Shown: positions 18,762 through 28,402 of the stretch, one piece after another
How the letters are laid out: the number at the start of each line of letters is the position of its first letter
How positions within the stretch are numbered: the first letter of the stretch is position 1
Assembly (NCBI GenBank): GCA_041484665.1
Contig: JBGPIA010000001.1
Location: 544,001-608,000, forward strand
Direction of reading: 5' to 3'
Origin: Candidatus Krumholzibacteriia bacterium
GTDB lineage: Bacteria > Krumholzibacteriota > Krumholzibacteriia > JAJRXK01
Length of the DNA stretch: 64,000 nucleotides
Translations under genes and position numbers: made by a program
Notes under the pieces: generated by a model
The model's database searches: none
What the model was told of the DNA's origin: nothing
The model's input: the letters and a program-made list of their open reading frames with translations, nothing else

Positions 18762-19226
18762 CTACCAGCGGTGGTAGGCGGGGTGACCCGGTTTCACGGC
18801 GACGAACGTCCCTTCGCAGGTCGCACAGACCTGCCCGCTGGACTCCAGCGTCGCCTTCACCTTCGCGCGCTCGTCGGTGGAGCTCACGACGGTGGCGCGC
18901 AACATGACCGGACCGTCGCTGGGCGTCGGCCGCCATAGCCGGACGTGGTAGTCGGCGGTGACGGTGCAGGGTGGCTGGTCCTCGCCGGCCTTCTGCATGA
19001 GATGCCAGGCCGCCGTCCAATTGCTGTGACAGTCCAGCAGAGTGCCGACGATGCCTCCACTGACCATCCCGGGGTAGGCCTCGTGGTGCGGCTCCGGCGT
19101 CCAGGTCGCCACGACGGCGTCGCCGTCGGGGTGGCTCTGGATGCGCAGGCCCTTGGGATTGGCCGGGCCGCACCCGAAGCAGGCGTGTTGCGGCGCGAAG
19201 CGCTGTTGCAGGCTGAGGTTCTCCAT
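18762..19226 (-). CDS. PaaI-family (hotdog) thioesterase
   Basis: CFGCGPANPKGL and GMVSGGIVGTLLD motifs. Confidence 0.9.
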   Translation of the reverse strand: MENLSLQQRFAPQHACFGCGPANPKGLRIQSHPDGDAVVATWTPEPHHEAYPGMVSGGIVGTLLDCHSNWTAAWHLMQKAGEDQPPCTVTADYHVRLWRPTPSDGPVMLRATVVSSTDERAKVKATLESSGQVCATCEGTFVAVKPGHPAYHRW

Positions 19227-19260
19227 GGGCCCCAGTCTACGCGCTTTGGGGCTGCGCTGC

Positions 19261-19875
19261 CTACTCGCTCCTGGGCTTGTCTGCCGCCGCTCTCCTGAGC
19301 TCGACGCCGCTGGCGACTACGGCCACCACGCTCTGTGGTCCCTTGATCGCGTCCGGGTTGCCGCCCTCGGACTCCGCGGCGAAATGGCGGGCGACCTCCT
19401 CCGGCATCGTCTCGCGGCTGACTTGCGCGACGATGACCGCCTTGGCGCCTTTGGCATCGCGTGGCACGAAGAAGCCGTAGTCCTTGAACGTAACCCGCAC
19501 CGTGGCGTCGCCGTCCCGCAGCATCATCCAACACCCCCGCTTGGAGCAGACGTCCAGCACCTCCCCCTCCAGCCGGATCGTCCGCCCGGCGTAGCGCTCA
19601 GCATCCGCCAGCGCGGAGGTAAGCTCGACTCTGTCGAAGGCGTCGATCGGCGTGCCCGCCTTGTAGAGACCCGCCGGGTCGAACCCCAGCGCAGCGGGTT
19701 CCGCCGGCGCAGCGGGCTCGGCCGCCGTGGCGGCGTTCTGGGTGGCGACGGACGAGCCCTGCTGGGCGGTGTCAGCCGCGCGGAGCTGTCCCTGCTCGCT
19801 GCATACGCACAGCATCAGGGCCAGCGCGCAGCACAGCATCGCAAGCTGCGGCGGACGAAGGTCGGATGCGCACAT
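19261..19875 (-). CDS. DUF4920-like exported protein
   Basis: Signal peptide, VCSKRGCWM and VTFKDYGFFVP. Confidence 0.82.
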   Translation of the reverse strand: MCASDLRPPQLAMLCCALALMLCVCSEQGQLRAADTAQQGSSVATQNAATAAEPAAPAEPAALGFDPAGLYKAGTPIDAFDRVELTSALADAERYAGRTIRLEGEVLDVCSKRGCWMMLRDGDATVRVTFKDYGFFVPRDAKGAKAVIVAQVSRETMPEEVARHFAAESEGGNPDAIKGPQSVVAVVASGVELRRAAADKPRSE

Positions 19876-19959
19876 GGTTTCTCCTCGAGGGTTGGAGCGA
19901 AAGCGCCAAGTGAAAGAAAGGCCGCGTGTCCCGCCCGGTCCAGCGCGGGCGTGGCATCC

Positions 19960-22095
19960 CTAGTGGCCCGCCGCGTGCGGTCGCGGCGCCGTGTGCAGGA
20001 GGTTGCGCTCCCAGAACAACGCCACCGCCAGCCGGTAGTAATCGGCGTTCTGCTGCTTGCCGAAGCCGTGCCCCTCGTCACCGGCGAACAGACTCCACAC
20101 CTCTTGGCCGTTGGCGCGCACGGCGGCGACGATAGCCTGTGCCTGCGCCAACGGCACGCGCGGGTCGTTGGCCCCGTGGGCCACCAGCAGGGGCGTGTGG
20201 ATCTGCGATGCCTTGCGCAGCGGCGAGATCGAATCCAGGAACTCGCGCATCTGCGGGTTCCGCTCGTCGCCGTACTCCGCCCGGCGCGCGTCGCGCCGGC
20301 TCTCGTGGGTGCCCTGCAGGAAGGTGACGAAATCGCTGAGCCCGACGTAGTCCACGGCCGCTGCGATCCGGCCGCCGTAATGGACCAGCGCCGCCAACAC
20401 GAGGTACCCGCCGTAGCTGCCGCCGTAGACTCCTACCCGTGATGCGTCCAGCTCGGGCTGGCGCGCGATCCAGTCCAGCAACGCCCCCACGTCGCGCACG
20501 GCATCCTCGCGGCGGCGCCCGTCGTCGAGCATCTGGAACGTCCGGCCGTAACCCGTCGACCCGCGGACGTTGGGCGCCAGCACGGCGATCCCCTGCTCCT
20601 TCACCCAGTACTGGATGTGGCTCGCGAATTCCGGACGGGTCTGGTCCTCCGGGCCGCCGTGCAGGTAGACGATCACCGGGTGTGGCCCGCGGCCCGCGGG
20701 GTGGAAGTAGAACGCGGCGAGCTTGCGCGGCGCCCCGTCCACGACGTCGAACGTGGGAAACTCAACGCGCTCCGGCTCGACGAACCCGTTGGGATCGAGG
20801 CCACCCACTTCGCTGAGCGTCCAGCGCACCAAGGCTGCAGCGGGCTTGCCCCCCTGCAGGTCGAGGGAGAAGACGTCGCCAGGAGTGGACGGCGTGTTGA
20901 GCACGAGGCCCAGCCGCGTCCCGGCCGGCTCGAACTGCAGGCCGCTGACGACCCCCGTGGGCAGGTCGATGTGGTGACGGCGTCCCGACCGGGTGTCCAT
21001 CAGATAAAGGTCGCTCGCGCCGTTCACATTGGCCGTGAAGGCCAACCACCGCCCGTCTACCGAGAGGGCGACCTCCTCCACGTCCCAGGGCAGGTCCGCG
21101 GTCAGCACCCGCGGCGCCGCGCCGCCCACGCGCAGGTGCGCCAGCCGCCGGAGTTCCCCTCCCGAGTCGCAGACGAAATAGACGCCCTTGCCGCTGGCAT
21201 CGAACACCGCGTCGCCGTACGCCACCGGCTGCGCGAGCTGCTGCAGTGGCTGTTTGTCGCCCGTCGCCACGTCCACGATCCACAGCTGCGAGCTCGATTC
21301 GGAGATCAGGTGCTTCACCAGCAGCTGACGGTCATCCGGCGACCACTCGACCGGGGTCCACCGCCCTTCCCCCTGCAGCAGGACGCGCGAAGCGGCCCCT
21401 GTGCGCGGCTCCACGATCCGGATATCGAAGTCGTGACCGTTGCGGAGTGTGCTCTGGAAGGCCAGGGCGTTGCCCGCCCGGCTCCACAGCAGCCCGCCGC
21501 TGCGCCCGGGCCGTTGGGTGAGTTGCCGCGTGCGGCGCGCGCGCAGATCGAAGAGGTAGAGCTGGTATTCCTCGTCACCGCCCTTGTCCATCGTGAACGC
21601 GAAGGCCGCGCTCTCGACCGCGGGCGACACCGCCGCGCCGGCCACGGGCTCGCCGAAAAAGGTGACCTGCTGCCGCGCGCCGCCCGGCATCTGGACGATG
21701 TGGAGCTGGCGCGTCTCGGCGAAGCGCGTGCCGATCAGGATACCGGCTCCGTCGGGGAGCCACCCCTCGAGGGTGGCGGAGCGCGTGTTGTTGTACTGCT
21801 CCATGCGCGCCGCCACGGAGTCGGGGATCTCGGGGATGCCCTCCGCGGCGATGCTCGCAGCAGCCGCGATGGCGGCCCTGCACTGCGCAGGCTGCGCCCA
21901 GGGCAACGCCGCGAGCCAGGCGGCGGCCACTACGGCGACGCCCAACGACGCCGCGCGCCCCGCCGGAACGCGCGCTTCTCCGGCGGGCAGGGGCGCTACG
22001 CCGGTCCGTACGGGCGCTACGCCGGCGCGCGTGGGCAGCGCGCCGCCGCCGCTGCGCGTCCGACTCGGGGCCGTGACGATCGCCCCTCGTCTCAT
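19960..22095 (-). CDS. S9-family peptidase (beta-propeller + alpha/beta hydrolase), exported
   Basis: HGGPE, GGSYGG nucleophile, GANDPRV and DEGHGF. Start overlaps the upstream stop. Confidence 0.92.
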   Translation of the reverse strand: MRRGAIVTAPSRTRSGGGALPTRAGVAPVRTGVAPLPAGEARVPAGRAASLGVAVVAAAWLAALPWAQPAQCRAAIAAAASIAAEGIPEIPDSVAARMEQYNNTRSATLEGWLPDGAGILIGTRFAETRQLHIVQMPGGARQQVTFFGEPVAGAAVSPAVESAAFAFTMDKGGDEEYQLYLFDLRARRTRQLTQRPGRSGGLLWSRAGNALAFQSTLRNGHDFDIRIVEPRTGAASRVLLQGEGRWTPVEWSPDDRQLLVKHLISESSSQLWIVDVATGDKQPLQQLAQPVAYGDAVFDASGKGVYFVCDSGGELRRLAHLRVGGAAPRVLTADLPWDVEEVALSVDGRWLAFTANVNGASDLYLMDTRSGRRHHIDLPTGVVSGLQFEPAGTRLGLVLNTPSTPGDVFSLDLQGGKPAAALVRWTLSEVGGLDPNGFVEPERVEFPTFDVVDGAPRKLAAFYFHPAGRGPHPVIVYLHGGPEDQTRPEFASHIQYWVKEQGIAVLAPNVRGSTGYGRTFQMLDDGRRREDAVRDVGALLDWIARQPELDASRVGVYGGSYGGYLVLAALVHYGGRIAAAVDYVGLSDFVTFLQGTHESRRDARRAEYGDERNPQMREFLDSISPLRKASQIHTPLLVAHGANDPRVPLAQAQAIVAAVRANGQEVWSLFAGDEGHGFGKQQNADYYRLAVALFWERNLLHTAPRPHAAGH

Positions 22096-24842
22096 CGGCC
22101 CTCCGTCGCGGTTCCCGATGCGCGCAGCAACGCATTGAACAGCAGCTTGAACTTTGCTTCGGACTGCGCGCGATGCTGCGGGCGGAACCCGAACGATACG
22201 ACGTGGCCCTTGCCCAGCGGGATGTCCAGCAAGGCCGGCAGCCCGGCCACCTTGTCCTCCCCCAGCAGGAAGCCCGCGACACGCACGTGGCGATCGGCGT
22301 AGCGCACCGGGACCGACGTGGGACGCGAGCACGCGATCGGCGCGAACGCGCGGCCCTGGTCGAACCAGACCGCCAGCTCGGCCGGCATGCCCCAGCCCAA
22401 CGGCTCCTCGGGGTCGACCTGCGCGCGCAGCAGCGTGCCCGGCGCGCTGAACTCCGCCTCGGGCAGGCCCTCCAGGCGCACGCGTGCCGGCACGCCCAGG
22501 TACTGGATCGCCCATGGGGTCGCCTGGTCGACGGCGATGAGCGTCCCACCCTGCTCCACGAACAGGCGCAGCCGGTCGCCGGTCTGCTTGCCGCCAATGC
22601 CGCCACGGTACTCCGATGGCCACACCGGCGCGTACGCGTTGGGCGCCTGCTCCGGCTGCTCGCCCTGCTCGAGGGCGGCCTGTCGGATGGAGGGCAGCAC
22701 GATCACGTCGAAGCCGCGCAGAGCACCGAGGGGATCGCCCCGCCGGGCCGAGTCCGGGGGCGGCCGCAGGTCCGCCGCTCGAAGCCTCTGGTGGGGGAAA
22801 CCGTAGCGGTCGAGCACCAACCGCGTCCACGCCTCTTCCATGGAGCCGCCCCAGGGGTCGAACAGACCGATGCGAGGCGCGCGGATCGCGATGGCAAAAG
22901 CCGTCGCCCCGATGTCCTTCAGCCCGCCAGGCACCCGTGCCTGCACGCGCGCGCCCAGCTCGCGCGCGGCATCGCGCACCGCATCGGGCGCTCCTTCGAT
23001 CAGGAAGTCACCCGTCGCCGCGCCTGCCGGCAGCGCGGCCGCGCGCGCACCGTGCCCCGTCGCCGCCGGAGCACCCAGCCGCCGCACGCGGGCGCCGGCC
23101 TTGAGTGCCGCCAGCACGACCCCGTAGGACGCGTTGTCGCTGGCGGGCAGCCACAGGCCGCCAGCCGCGGGCCCGGACTTGAGTTCCGGCTCCCCAGGCC
23201 GGGGCCACCGCGGCGGCAGCTCGGCCGCCGGCGCCGAACCGCTCCACGGCTGCAGCAGGGCCTGGACCTCGACGCCCAGCAGCGCGGGCAGGTTCCAGGC
23301 CATCGCGTCGTAGGGACGGATGACCTGGCCCGCAGCGGACTCGTGCACCCTCGGATACTCATCGGCCTGCAACATCTCGATCAGGAAGGGCCGCTCGGGC
23401 TGCGCGGCGAGCGCCACATATGCGCCGCGCTCGTGCACGCGCCCTTCGATCTCCAGGCGGCCCGGCAGCCAGCCCACCTCGACGCCGCCCGTGCGCAGCA
23501 GCTCCACCAGCCGGGGTGCCGCGCCGGAGTCGTGCTGCTGCGCGGGGATCACGAAGCCGTACGGCGGCTGACTACGTCCGGCCGCCACCGCGTCGCGGTT
23601 CATCGCGTGGAAATTGCGCAGGACGCTCTGCTTCTCGCGCGCGGCCCAGCGCATCATCGACCACGTGAGGTCGCAATCGAGCCCCACGATGTCGCCCAGA
23701 CGCCACCAGCCGCCCGGCCACGGCTGCAGGAAGTTGGCGCGGCGCTCGTACTGCGGCAGACCGCGCCCCTTGCCGGCGAGGCTACCGGGCGGGAAGTACA
23801 AAGGCGTCGCCAGCTGCACGCTCGCCGCCTCGCTCAGCACGCCGAGCATGTTGTGCCAGAAGGCTGTCGAGCGCACCGACCCCGGCCACTCCGCCGTGAA
23901 GATCGTGCTGGTGGCGATGCCGGTCCAGCCGCGGGCGGTGAGATCGCTCACCATCTGCTCGCCGGCGGCCGCGAGCTGGCTGTACACCAGCGGGTGCACG
24001 GTTGCCGAGAGGGGGTCGTCGAAGGGAGGCAGGAACAGGCGTGGGCCCTCGCTCTCCATCTGGTGCTCGTCGAGCACGATCTGCGGCAGCCAGTCCGCAT
24101 GGAGCAACTTCGACCACATGGCCGTCTCGACCAGATTGTTGAAGACGCCATCGCGGTTGTTATCGTGGCCAGCGTACTGGTGGTAGAGCCACGGCGGCGA
24201 GCTCCCCTCGGCGGGGGTGCCGACGGTCTTGCGGTACCAATCGACGACGATCTCGTGCCCGTCGGGATTCATCGATGGCACCAGCAGCAGGAGCACGTTG
24301 GCCCGCAGCTCGCGCATCCAGGGCTCCTCGCTGGTCGCCAGCGCGTGCAGCAGCTCCAGGGAGGCCTGCGTCGCGCCCACCTCGTTGCTGTGCAGACCGA
24401 GGGAGAGCGCGATGATCACGCGGCCCTCGCGCGCCAGCTCCGCCGCGCGTGCGTCATCGGTGCTCGAGACGTCGTGGAGCTGGTGGGAGATCGCGCGCAG
24501 CCGCGCGCGAGAACGGATCCCGTCCTCGTCGCCGGCGATCACCACGATGAAGGGGCGTCCCTGGGTCGTGGTCCCCATGTGTTCCACCACGATACGCTGG
24601 GTGTCCTGGGCGAGCTGGTCGCAGTAGGCGACGACCGTTCGCCAGTCGACGCGCTCGCGGTCCGCGCCGATGGCGTGCCCGACGAACTCCTGGGCAGCGG
24701 GCACGGCCGGGGCGGCGGGAGCGAGAGCCGGGGCGGCGGGAGCGAGAGCCGCAGCGCCGAAAGCGATCGCCACGACGGCAGCATCGGCGGCCGCCCGCGT
24801 GCGGGCGGCCGTCGCAACGAGAGCGCGGGAGGATGCGGGCAC
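22092..24842 (-). CDS. M14-family zinc carboxypeptidase with a C-terminal GATase-like domain
   Basis: HSNE zinc motif, NPDG, DNNRD and DEHQM. The GTG start at 24842 is approximate. Confidence 0.88.
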   Translation of the reverse strand: MPASSRALVATAARTRAAADAAVVAIAFGAAALAPAAPALAPAAPAVPAAQEFVGHAIGADRERVDWRTVVAYCDQLAQDTQRIVVEHMGTTTQGRPFIVVIAGDEDGIRSRARLRAISHQLHDVSSTDDARAAELAREGRVIIALSLGLHSNEVGATQASLELLHALATSEEPWMRELRANVLLLLVPSMNPDGHEIVVDWYRKTVGTPAEGSSPPWLYHQYAGHDNNRDGVFNNLVETAMWSKLLHADWLPQIVLDEHQMESEGPRLFLPPFDDPLSATVHPLVYSQLAAAGEQMVSDLTARGWTGIATSTIFTAEWPGSVRSTAFWHNMLGVLSEAASVQLATPLYFPPGSLAGKGRGLPQYERRANFLQPWPGGWWRLGDIVGLDCDLTWSMMRWAAREKQSVLRNFHAMNRDAVAAGRSQPPYGFVIPAQQHDSGAAPRLVELLRTGGVEVGWLPGRLEIEGRVHERGAYVALAAQPERPFLIEMLQADEYPRVHESAAGQVIRPYDAMAWNLPALLGVEVQALLQPWSGSAPAAELPPRWPRPGEPELKSGPAAGGLWLPASDNASYGVVLAALKAGARVRRLGAPAATGHGARAAALPAGAATGDFLIEGAPDAVRDAARELGARVQARVPGGLKDIGATAFAIAIRAPRIGLFDPWGGSMEEAWTRLVLDRYGFPHQRLRAADLRPPPDSARRGDPLGALRGFDVIVLPSIRQAALEQGEQPEQAPNAYAPVWPSEYRGGIGGKQTGDRLRLFVEQGGTLIAVDQATPWAIQYLGVPARVRLEGLPEAEFSAPGTLLRAQVDPEEPLGWGMPAELAVWFDQGRAFAPIACSRPTSVPVRYADRHVRVAGFLLGEDKVAGLPALLDIPLGKGHVVSFGFRPQHRAQSEAKFKLLFNALLRASGTATEGR

Positions 24843-24847
24843 GGTCC

Positions 24848-26860
24848 TCAGCGGACGAGGGTCATGCGCAATGACTGGCTCACGCCATCGGCCTGCAGCC
24901 GGCAGATGTACACGCCGCTGGCCAGTGGACGACCATCGGAGCCCCGCCCGTCCCACACGTGGGTGTGCCTCCCGGCCGGCAGCGCCCCCGCCAGCAGCGT
25001 GGCCGCTAGACGACCGCGCGTATCGTAGATGCGCAGCGTCGCGTCGCCCGCATGGGCCAAATCGAAACTCAGCGTGGTGGCCGGGTTGAACGGGTTGGGC
25101 ACGTTGGGATGCAGGACCGTGCGCGCCGCCACGATCGCGGGTGCCGACACCCCGCCGGTCTCGACGGCCGCCTGCAGCTCGTACGTGAGCGCGGGCAGCA
25201 GCGCCGCCCCGGCCAGGTCCTGCTGGTCGCGCGTGGAGAATGTAAGCGTGGCAGTATAGGTGGTTCCGCCTGCGGCTCCCGTATCGTCGAAGTGCACCGC
25301 GAAGCTCGCGGGCGTGGCGCCCACCTGGATCGCGGCGAACGCCACCAGGCTGAAGCGGGCGGCGTCCGGCCCGCCAACCTGGGCGGCGTAGACGTCCAGC
25401 AGCGCCTGCAAGGAGCTGTAGCCCGCGTTGTCGACCTCCGCGGTCTGGTCGGTGAAAGCAGCGACGGCGTGACTGCCGAAATCGACGGCCCCGCCGAGCA
25501 CTTGTGCAGCGGCGACGGTCGAGGGCACGGCGTGGTTGTAGACCGTGCCGGTGGCATTGAAGGAGTCGCTGGGGTTGTCCGGCGCATCGCCCGCCACGCT
25601 GATCGTGGCCAAGCGCGCGCCGGCCGTGGCGGTATTCATCGCGATCAGGCGCAGATCGTTGCCGCCGGCTGCCAGCACGAAGGGCCCCGGCGCCGCGGAG
25701 AAGCCCGCTCCAGCCGCAATCGTGTAATCCAGGGCGTCGGCCGGTCCGGTCGCCGTATTCTGCACCGAAAGCGCGCGGACAGCGCTCGCTCCCACCAGCG
25801 CCCCGCCGAAGGAGAGGTCCGCGCTGGTGACCATGATCGCCGGCAGCTGCAGGTCGAGGAAGATCGGCAGGTGGTCCGAGGACGTGTAGAGCGCGGTGGC
25901 GATCGCCGCCGATACCACGCTGTCGGCCGGCGCATCGATGAGCGCGAGATTGAAGTGCGCTCCGTCGTTGCCATAGTTCCGGTAGCTCCCCGGCAGGTAC
26001 GAGAGACCCTGCCCGCCCAACACGTCGTCGTTGGCCAGCAGGAAATCGAAGCGGTCGTCCATGCCGCCGTTGGCGCCGCCGTCGGGCAGCTGGGCCGTGC
26101 GGGTGGACTGCGTGAAGACGTCCGCAAAGGCTCCATTGTTGTGCCAGGGGCCCACGCGGCTGATGGGATCGAAGAGCTGCCCTGCACTGTTGGTCAGAGC
26201 GCCGGTCAGCTCGCCCCAGGCGGGCTCCGTGTCGGTATAGATGTTGTAGTCGCCGCCCAGGAGGAAGCGCGTCCCCACCGACAATCCGTTGAGGTGGTTG
26301 CGCAACAGCGTCGCCTCAGCGAGGCGTAGCTGCTCTTCAGTCGAGCCCTGACTGGCCTTGAGATGCGCCATGTAGACATGGAGCTCGGCCGCCGGCGCCG
26401 TATAGCCCGCAGGACGCAGGGTCCAGCCGTCGATCTGCCGCAGCGCCGTGATGACGTCGACGTGGCCCGTCTCGGTGAAGTGGCCGGTCCGGAAGAAGCA
26501 CGCGTTCTGCGTGTCGGGGCCACTGGTGAAGGTGCCCATCGTCCACGCGCCGGGCTGCCCGAAGTTGAGCACGTTGTTCAGGAACTGCGTGGGGCTCGCG
26601 GAGCTCGTGCCCGCCATCTCGCAGACGACCAGCACGTCGGGGCTGGCCGAGTTGATCGCCAGCCGCAGACTCGGCTCCCGCGTGCTCCCGGTGGTCCCCG
26701 GGTAGTTCAAGACGTTCCACGACATGAGGCGGATCGCCCAGGCTGGTGTTGCAATCGCCAGGGTGAGCAGCGCGAGCAGAGTCGATGCGGCGAGTCTGTG
26801 CGAGGCAGACCGACGCGCACGGCTGGCCGCGCCGCGCGGCGGGAGCTGGACGGGAGGCAT
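24848..26860 (-). CDS. Secreted endonuclease/exonuclease/phosphatase protein with Ig-like domains and a FlgD-Ig type C-terminal domain
   Basis: SWNV, E, GDYN and SDHLP EEP motifs. C-terminus has PNPFNP..LRIYD..WDG..SGVY. Confidence 0.88.
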   Translation of the reverse strand: MPPVQLPPRGAASRARRSASHRLAASTLLALLTLAIATPAWAIRLMSWNVLNYPGTTGSTREPSLRLAINSASPDVLVVCEMAGTSSASPTQFLNNVLNFGQPGAWTMGTFTSGPDTQNACFFRTGHFTETGHVDVITALRQIDGWTLRPAGYTAPAAELHVYMAHLKASQGSTEEQLRLAEATLLRNHLNGLSVGTRFLLGGDYNIYTDTEPAWGELTGALTNSAGQLFDPISRVGPWHNNGAFADVFTQSTRTAQLPDGGANGGMDDRFDFLLANDDVLGGQGLSYLPGSYRNYGNDGAHFNLALIDAPADSVVSAAIATALYTSSDHLPIFLDLQLPAIMVTSADLSFGGALVGASAVRALSVQNTATGPADALDYTIAAGAGFSAAPGPFVLAAGGNDLRLIAMNTATAGARLATISVAGDAPDNPSDSFNATGTVYNHAVPSTVAAAQVLGGAVDFGSHAVAAFTDQTAEVDNAGYSSLQALLDVYAAQVGGPDAARFSLVAFAAIQVGATPASFAVHFDDTGAAGGTTYTATLTFSTRDQQDLAGAALLPALTYELQAAVETGGVSAPAIVAARTVLHPNVPNPFNPATTLSFDLAHAGDATLRIYDTRGRLAATLLAGALPAGRHTHVWDGRGSDGRPLASGVYICRLQADGVSQSLRMTLVR

Positions 26861-26899
26861 ACGTTGTCCTTTCGGCGCCGGTGGAACTGGGCCGAGCTG

Positions 26900-26928
26900 A
26901 TTCTACCACGATCCGGCGGGCCTGGCAC
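26900..26928 (-). promoter_or_regulatory. Putative sigma70 promoter of the EEP-M14-S9 run
   Basis: GTGCCA-N17-TAGAAT with a TG extension. Confidence 0.5.
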
Positions 26929-26953
26929 GACCCGGCCCGGGGCTGCTCGCCGT

Positions 26954-28339
26954 TTAGCCCGGAATCCTCCGCTCCGTCATCGCGCGCGGGTCGAGGATGC
27001 GCACCAACTCCTCCTCGCTCAGCCCGCTCTCCTCGCGTGCGACCTCGCGCACGGTCCGGCTCTCCGCCCACGCGCGCTGCGCGATGGCGGCGGCCCGGTC
27101 GTAGCCGATGCGGGGCGCCAGCGCCGTGGCCAGCGCGAGGCAGCCTTCCAACTGCGCGGCGCAACGTTCGCGGTCCGCCTCCAAGCCGTTCACGCACTTC
27201 TCGCTCAGCACGTGGCACGCGTTGGCCAGCAGCTCGATGGACTGCAGCAGGTCGTAGGCGATCAAAGGCATCATCGTGTTCAGCTCGAGCGTCCCGGCGG
27301 CGCCGGCGAACGCGATGGCAGCGTCGTGGCCCATCACCTGGGCGCAGACCATGGCCACCGCCTCGGGGATGACGGGATTGACCTTGCCGGGCATGATGCT
27401 GCTGCCGGGCTGCAGCTCGGGCAGCTTCAGCTCGCCCAGCCCCGCACGGGGACCGCTGCCCAGCCAGCGCAGATCGGTCGTGATCTTGTACAGACTGACG
27501 GACAGCCCGCGCAGCTGTCCCGACAACTCGACTGCCGCGCCTCGCGCTCCCAGCGCCTCGAAACAGTCGCCCGCGGGCAACAGCTGCAGCCCCGTGGCCG
27601 CGCTCAGAGCCGCCGCCGCCCGTCGCGGGAACTCCGCGTGCGTGTTGATCCCGGTGCCCACGGCCGTGCCCCCCAGCGGCAGCTCGCACAAGGACGTCGC
27701 GCTGCGCTCGATGCGCGCCGCGCCCAGCTCCAGCATCGCGGCGTAGCCACCCAGCTCCTGGCCCAGGCGCACCGGCGTGGCATCTTGCATGTGCGTGCGG
27801 CCCACCTTGATCACGTCGCCGTACTCGGTGGCCTTGCGCGCGAAGGCGGCCTCTAGCGCACGCAGCGCCGGCAGCAGTCGGAAGGTCGTGGTCTCCAGCG
27901 CGGCAACGTGGATCGCGGTGGGGATGACGTCGTTGCTGCTCTGGCCGAGGTTCACGTGGTCGTTGGGGTGCACGGGCGAGCCCAGGATCTGGCTCGCGCG
28001 GCGCGCCAGCACCTCGTTGGCATTCATGTTCGTGCTGGTGCCGCTGCCGGTCTGGAACACGTCGACGGGGAAATGCCCGTCGAGCGCCCCGTCGACCAGC
28101 TCGTCGGCCGCCCGCGCGATCGCCTCGGCGCGCTCGCGCTGCAGCAGGCCCAGATCCGCGTTGACCCGGGCCGCTGCGCGCTTGATCAAGCCCAGCGCGC
28201 GCAGCATCGGGCGCGGCATGCGCAGCCCGCTGATCGGGAAGTTCTCGACGGCGCGCTGCGTCTGGGCTCCGTAGAGCGCCTCGTCCGGGACCCGGATCTC
28301 GCCCAGGGAATCGCGCTCCACCCGTGTCTTTGCCATCAT
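26954..28339 (-). CDS. fumC: Class II fumarate hydratase
   Basis: GSSIMPGKVNP signature, QTGSGTSTNMN, GRTHMQDA and a GGAGGT RBS. Confidence 0.92.
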   Translation of the reverse strand: MMAKTRVERDSLGEIRVPDEALYGAQTQRAVENFPISGLRMPRPMLRALGLIKRAAARVNADLGLLQRERAEAIARAADELVDGALDGHFPVDVFQTGSGTSTNMNANEVLARRASQILGSPVHPNDHVNLGQSSNDVIPTAIHVAALETTTFRLLPALRALEAAFARKATEYGDVIKVGRTHMQDATPVRLGQELGGYAAMLELGAARIERSATSLCELPLGGTAVGTGINTHAEFPRRAAAALSAATGLQLLPAGDCFEALGARGAAVELSGQLRGLSVSLYKITTDLRWLGSGPRAGLGELKLPELQPGSSIMPGKVNPVIPEAVAMVCAQVMGHDAAIAFAGAAGTLELNTMMPLIAYDLLQSIELLANACHVLSEKCVNGLEADRERCAAQLEGCLALATALAPRIGYDRAAAIAQRAWAESRTVREVAREESGLSEEELVRILDPRAMTERRIPG

Positions 28340-28402
28340 CACACCTCCGCGCGGCGCGCTGTCGGAGTTTCCCCGCGCGGCACGCTTCCGCATTCTCGTG
28401 CC

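Noticed and set aside
22173..25028. 951-aa plus-strand ORF and many similar long antisense or alternate-frame ORFs (e.g. 6357-8840, 27908-30049, 52665-55562, 59524-61590)
   Set aside because: These are shadows of real genes caused by stop-codon scarcity at high GC. They are Arg/Ala/Gly-rich and lack motifs.
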